Source: an uncultured Nitrospinaceae bacterium
Lineage (GTDB): Bacteria > UBA8248
Direction of reading: 5' to 3'
Assembly: GCA_964005815.1 (NCBI GenBank)
Contig: CAXFSR010000023.1
Coordinates: 44,196 to 108,195, forward strand
Length of the DNA stretch: 64,000 nt
The position numbers were made by a program, and so were the translations under genes. The notes under the pieces are model-generated. The model saw only the letters and a list, made by a program, of their open reading frames with translations, was not told the origin of the DNA and did not search any database. Position 1 is the first letter of the stretch. Each line of letters opens with the position of its first letter. Positions 62,326 through 64,000 of this stretch are shown piece by piece.

Positions 62326-63522
62326 TTATCCAATTTTCATAAATTTCATTGGAAATTTTTGAAGAGATCTAGCTCCTTTTTCTGTCACCTCTACAAGATT
62401 TCCTACCTGCAGACCATACTTGCCGTCAGGAGTCACCACGTTAGGTTGAATTACCATTAACATTCCTTTTTTAAAGACAATTTTATTTTGAGGCCTAGTG
62501 ATTAAAGAACCTGAAAGATCAATTCTTGGATCTTCTATCAGCAAACCCCAACCGTGAAACGTGGTGTCAAATGTTGTAAATCCATTATTAGTTAAAACAG
62601 AACCTGCCTTTATAATATCTCGTTCTGTTGCGCCAGGTTTTAACGCTTTAAGAATATTGTTGTATGTTTTGACACCCATATCAAAAAGTTCCTGGTAGAT
62701 AGGTTCTGGTTTCTGTCCTACGGAGATCGGTCTATGGGCTTGACCAGAATGCATTTCATAATCAGAGGACAGTTCTGTCAGCACTATATCCCCCTTTTTT
62801 ATTTTTCTATGTGAAGGAAATTGATTTGGGAAAATGAGTCCTGGTTTTTTCATGGAGGTAGAACCTATAAAAACTAGTTGCGCACTACCACCCTTAGGCA
62901 TGTAAGCGCTAGTTATAATTGATGCCAATTCAAACTCGGACATGCCAATTTTTGATTTTTTTTCTAAAGCATAAAATGCCAGATCAGTTAATTTTGCACC
63001 TTTTCGAAACCATTTCATTTCTTCTTCACTTTTGATCAATCTAACCTGTGCAAGAATATCCGTTGCATCATCAAAAGAGGCTTTTTTAAAATTTTTTCTT
63101 AGTTCATCAATAACACTGTAAGGCATAGAAACTTTTAAAATTCCACGAAAACCGACTAACCCAATTTTTGTTTTTTCAAGTCCAAGTTGTTTGATTTTTT
63201 CAGATATTCTTTTCCCCGGTTCGTAGTCTACAGCATTGGTTCTATTCGGTATATTACTAGCCGTTTTGGCATATGGAAGATATAGTCTGTTTGAAATAAA
63301 TAGATTAGGGCTGCCTTTAATAGGAAAAAATAGGAAGCTGCTGACAGGGTCTTTATAATTTGTCACATATTTAATATTTGCCTGGTTTCCACCTGCCATT
63401 CCTGAGTCGCCGTAAAAAACAAGCGCACTTAAGCCTCTTTTCTTCATATGTTTTCTGATTTCTCTATATCTCCTTTTGTATTCGGTATCTGAAAATCTTG
63501 GGTACAGTTTTTCGTTTTGCAT
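62326..63522 (-). CDS. M24 family (Xaa-Pro peptidase/creatinase-like) protein
   Basis: PRFSDTEY..RY, RLIKSEEE, HGWGL. Start re-placed at ATG 63522 after SD GAGG. Confidence 0.8.
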   Translation of the reverse strand: MQNEKLYPRFSDTEYKRRYREIRKHMKKRGLSALVFYGDSGMAGGNQANIKYVTNYKDPVSSFLFFPIKGSPNLFISNRLYLPYAKTASNIPNRTNAVDYEPGKRISEKIKQLGLEKTKIGLVGFRGILKVSMPYSVIDELRKNFKKASFDDATDILAQVRLIKSEEEMKWFRKGAKLTDLAFYALEKKSKIGMSEFELASIITSAYMPKGGSAQLVFIGSTSMKKPGLIFPNQFPSHRKIKKGDIVLTELSSDYEMHSGQAHRPISVGQKPEPIYQELFDMGVKTYNNILKALKPGATERDIIKAGSVLTNNGFTTFDTTFHGWGLLIEDPRIDLSGSLITRPQNKIVFKKGMLMVIQPNVVTPDGKYGLQVGNLVEVTEKGARSLQKFPMKFMKIG

Positions 63523-63540
63523 AGTTTCCTCTTTTAAATA

Positions 63541-63578
63541 GAAAAAGCCCGCGTTAGCCAACGACCAACGCGGGCTTT
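63541..63578 (-). terminator. Rho-independent terminator after the ABC substrate-binding protein gene
   Basis: 12-bp inverted repeat AAAGCCCGCGTT-N11-AACGCGGGCTTT; T-tail on the minus strand. Confidence 0.8.
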
Positions 63579-63598
63579 AGTTTAAACGATAAAGCTAC

Positions 63599-64000
63599 TT
63601 ATTTCTTTGTAATTTCCCAAGGATAAAGTACTTCGTCATGCCTTGGTGTCCATTTAATATTACTTCTCATACCGAACACATCATGAATTTTAAAGAAAAC
63701 TTTATATGCGGTATGTTTTTTGTGTAAAGATGTCACTTTTACAAATTTCTTATGTTGTGTAGCAGGATCTGATTCTAGTGCGGCATCGTCGATTGCATCG
63801 TTGAGTTCTTTAATGCAAGTACCACTCCAAGGTCCTTTACAACCACCAGTGCCTCGTGCAATATTTCCAGGATTTCCTGCTCCGTTACCATAGCCCATGT
63901 AGAATGCAGCTACGCCTTTGTACTTATTATTCTTTTTCTTACCCTTGTTGTAAGCACGGTGACTCTTCTTATAAAGCGGGAAGATCTGTGCATTACACGT
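63599..64000 (-). CDS. C-terminus of a probable family-5 (peptide/nickel-type) ABC substrate-binding protein; runs off the right edge
   Basis: Frame is open to 64000; ELNDAIDDAALESDP...FGMRSNIKWTPRHDE resembles SBP_bac_5 C-termini. Confidence 0.65.
   Translation of the reverse strand, partial: TCNAQIFPLYKKSHRAYNKGKKKNNKYKGVAAFYMGYGNGAGNPGNIARGTGGCKGPWSGTCIKELNDAIDDAALESDPATQHKKFVKVTSLHKKHTAYKVFFKIHDVFGMRSNIKWTPRHDEVLYPWEITKK

Noticed and set aside
63523..63561. ORF-track N-terminal extension of the M24 protein
   Set aside because: It starts inside the terminator hairpin; ATG 63522 has a good SD.

Overview
This is an AT-rich bacterial chromosome segment spanning the replication origin. The left arm is mostly on the minus strand: parB-parA-[2x parS]-mnmG-mnmE-SDR-DsbA-like-yidC-yidD-rnpA-rpmH. 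The right arm is mostly on the plus strand: dnaA-[oriC with DnaA-trios]-recF-gyrB-gyrA, a complete isc operon (iscRSUA-hscBA-fdx-iscX), assorted housekeeping and catabolic genes, trxB, an orphan nuoI, pncB, and an atp operon (b', b, delta, alpha, gamma, beta, epsilon; no a or c subunit). dnaN, rsmG and jag are absent from their usual slots. The gene arrangement resembles Nitrospinota/deltaproteobacteria-like lineages (inference only). Main hidden features: (1) two genes split by an in-frame TGA exactly at the first Cys of a CxxC redox motif, i.e. candidate selenoproteins. One is a membrane-anchored DsbA-like protein (UPDC) inside the yidC-mnmE cluster; the other is a glutaredoxin-like protein (UPPC) upstream of trxB with a good SECIS-like hairpin. 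A probable UGSC-family selenoprotein is also cut by the left edge. (2) ATP synthase subunit b carries an N-terminal extension that is an ungapped, 27/55-identical copy of the C-terminal helical region of the upstream b' subunit. (3) Heavy use of TTG starts, plus probable CTG and ATC/ATA starts. No rRNA, tRNA, CRISPR array or mobile element was recognised.
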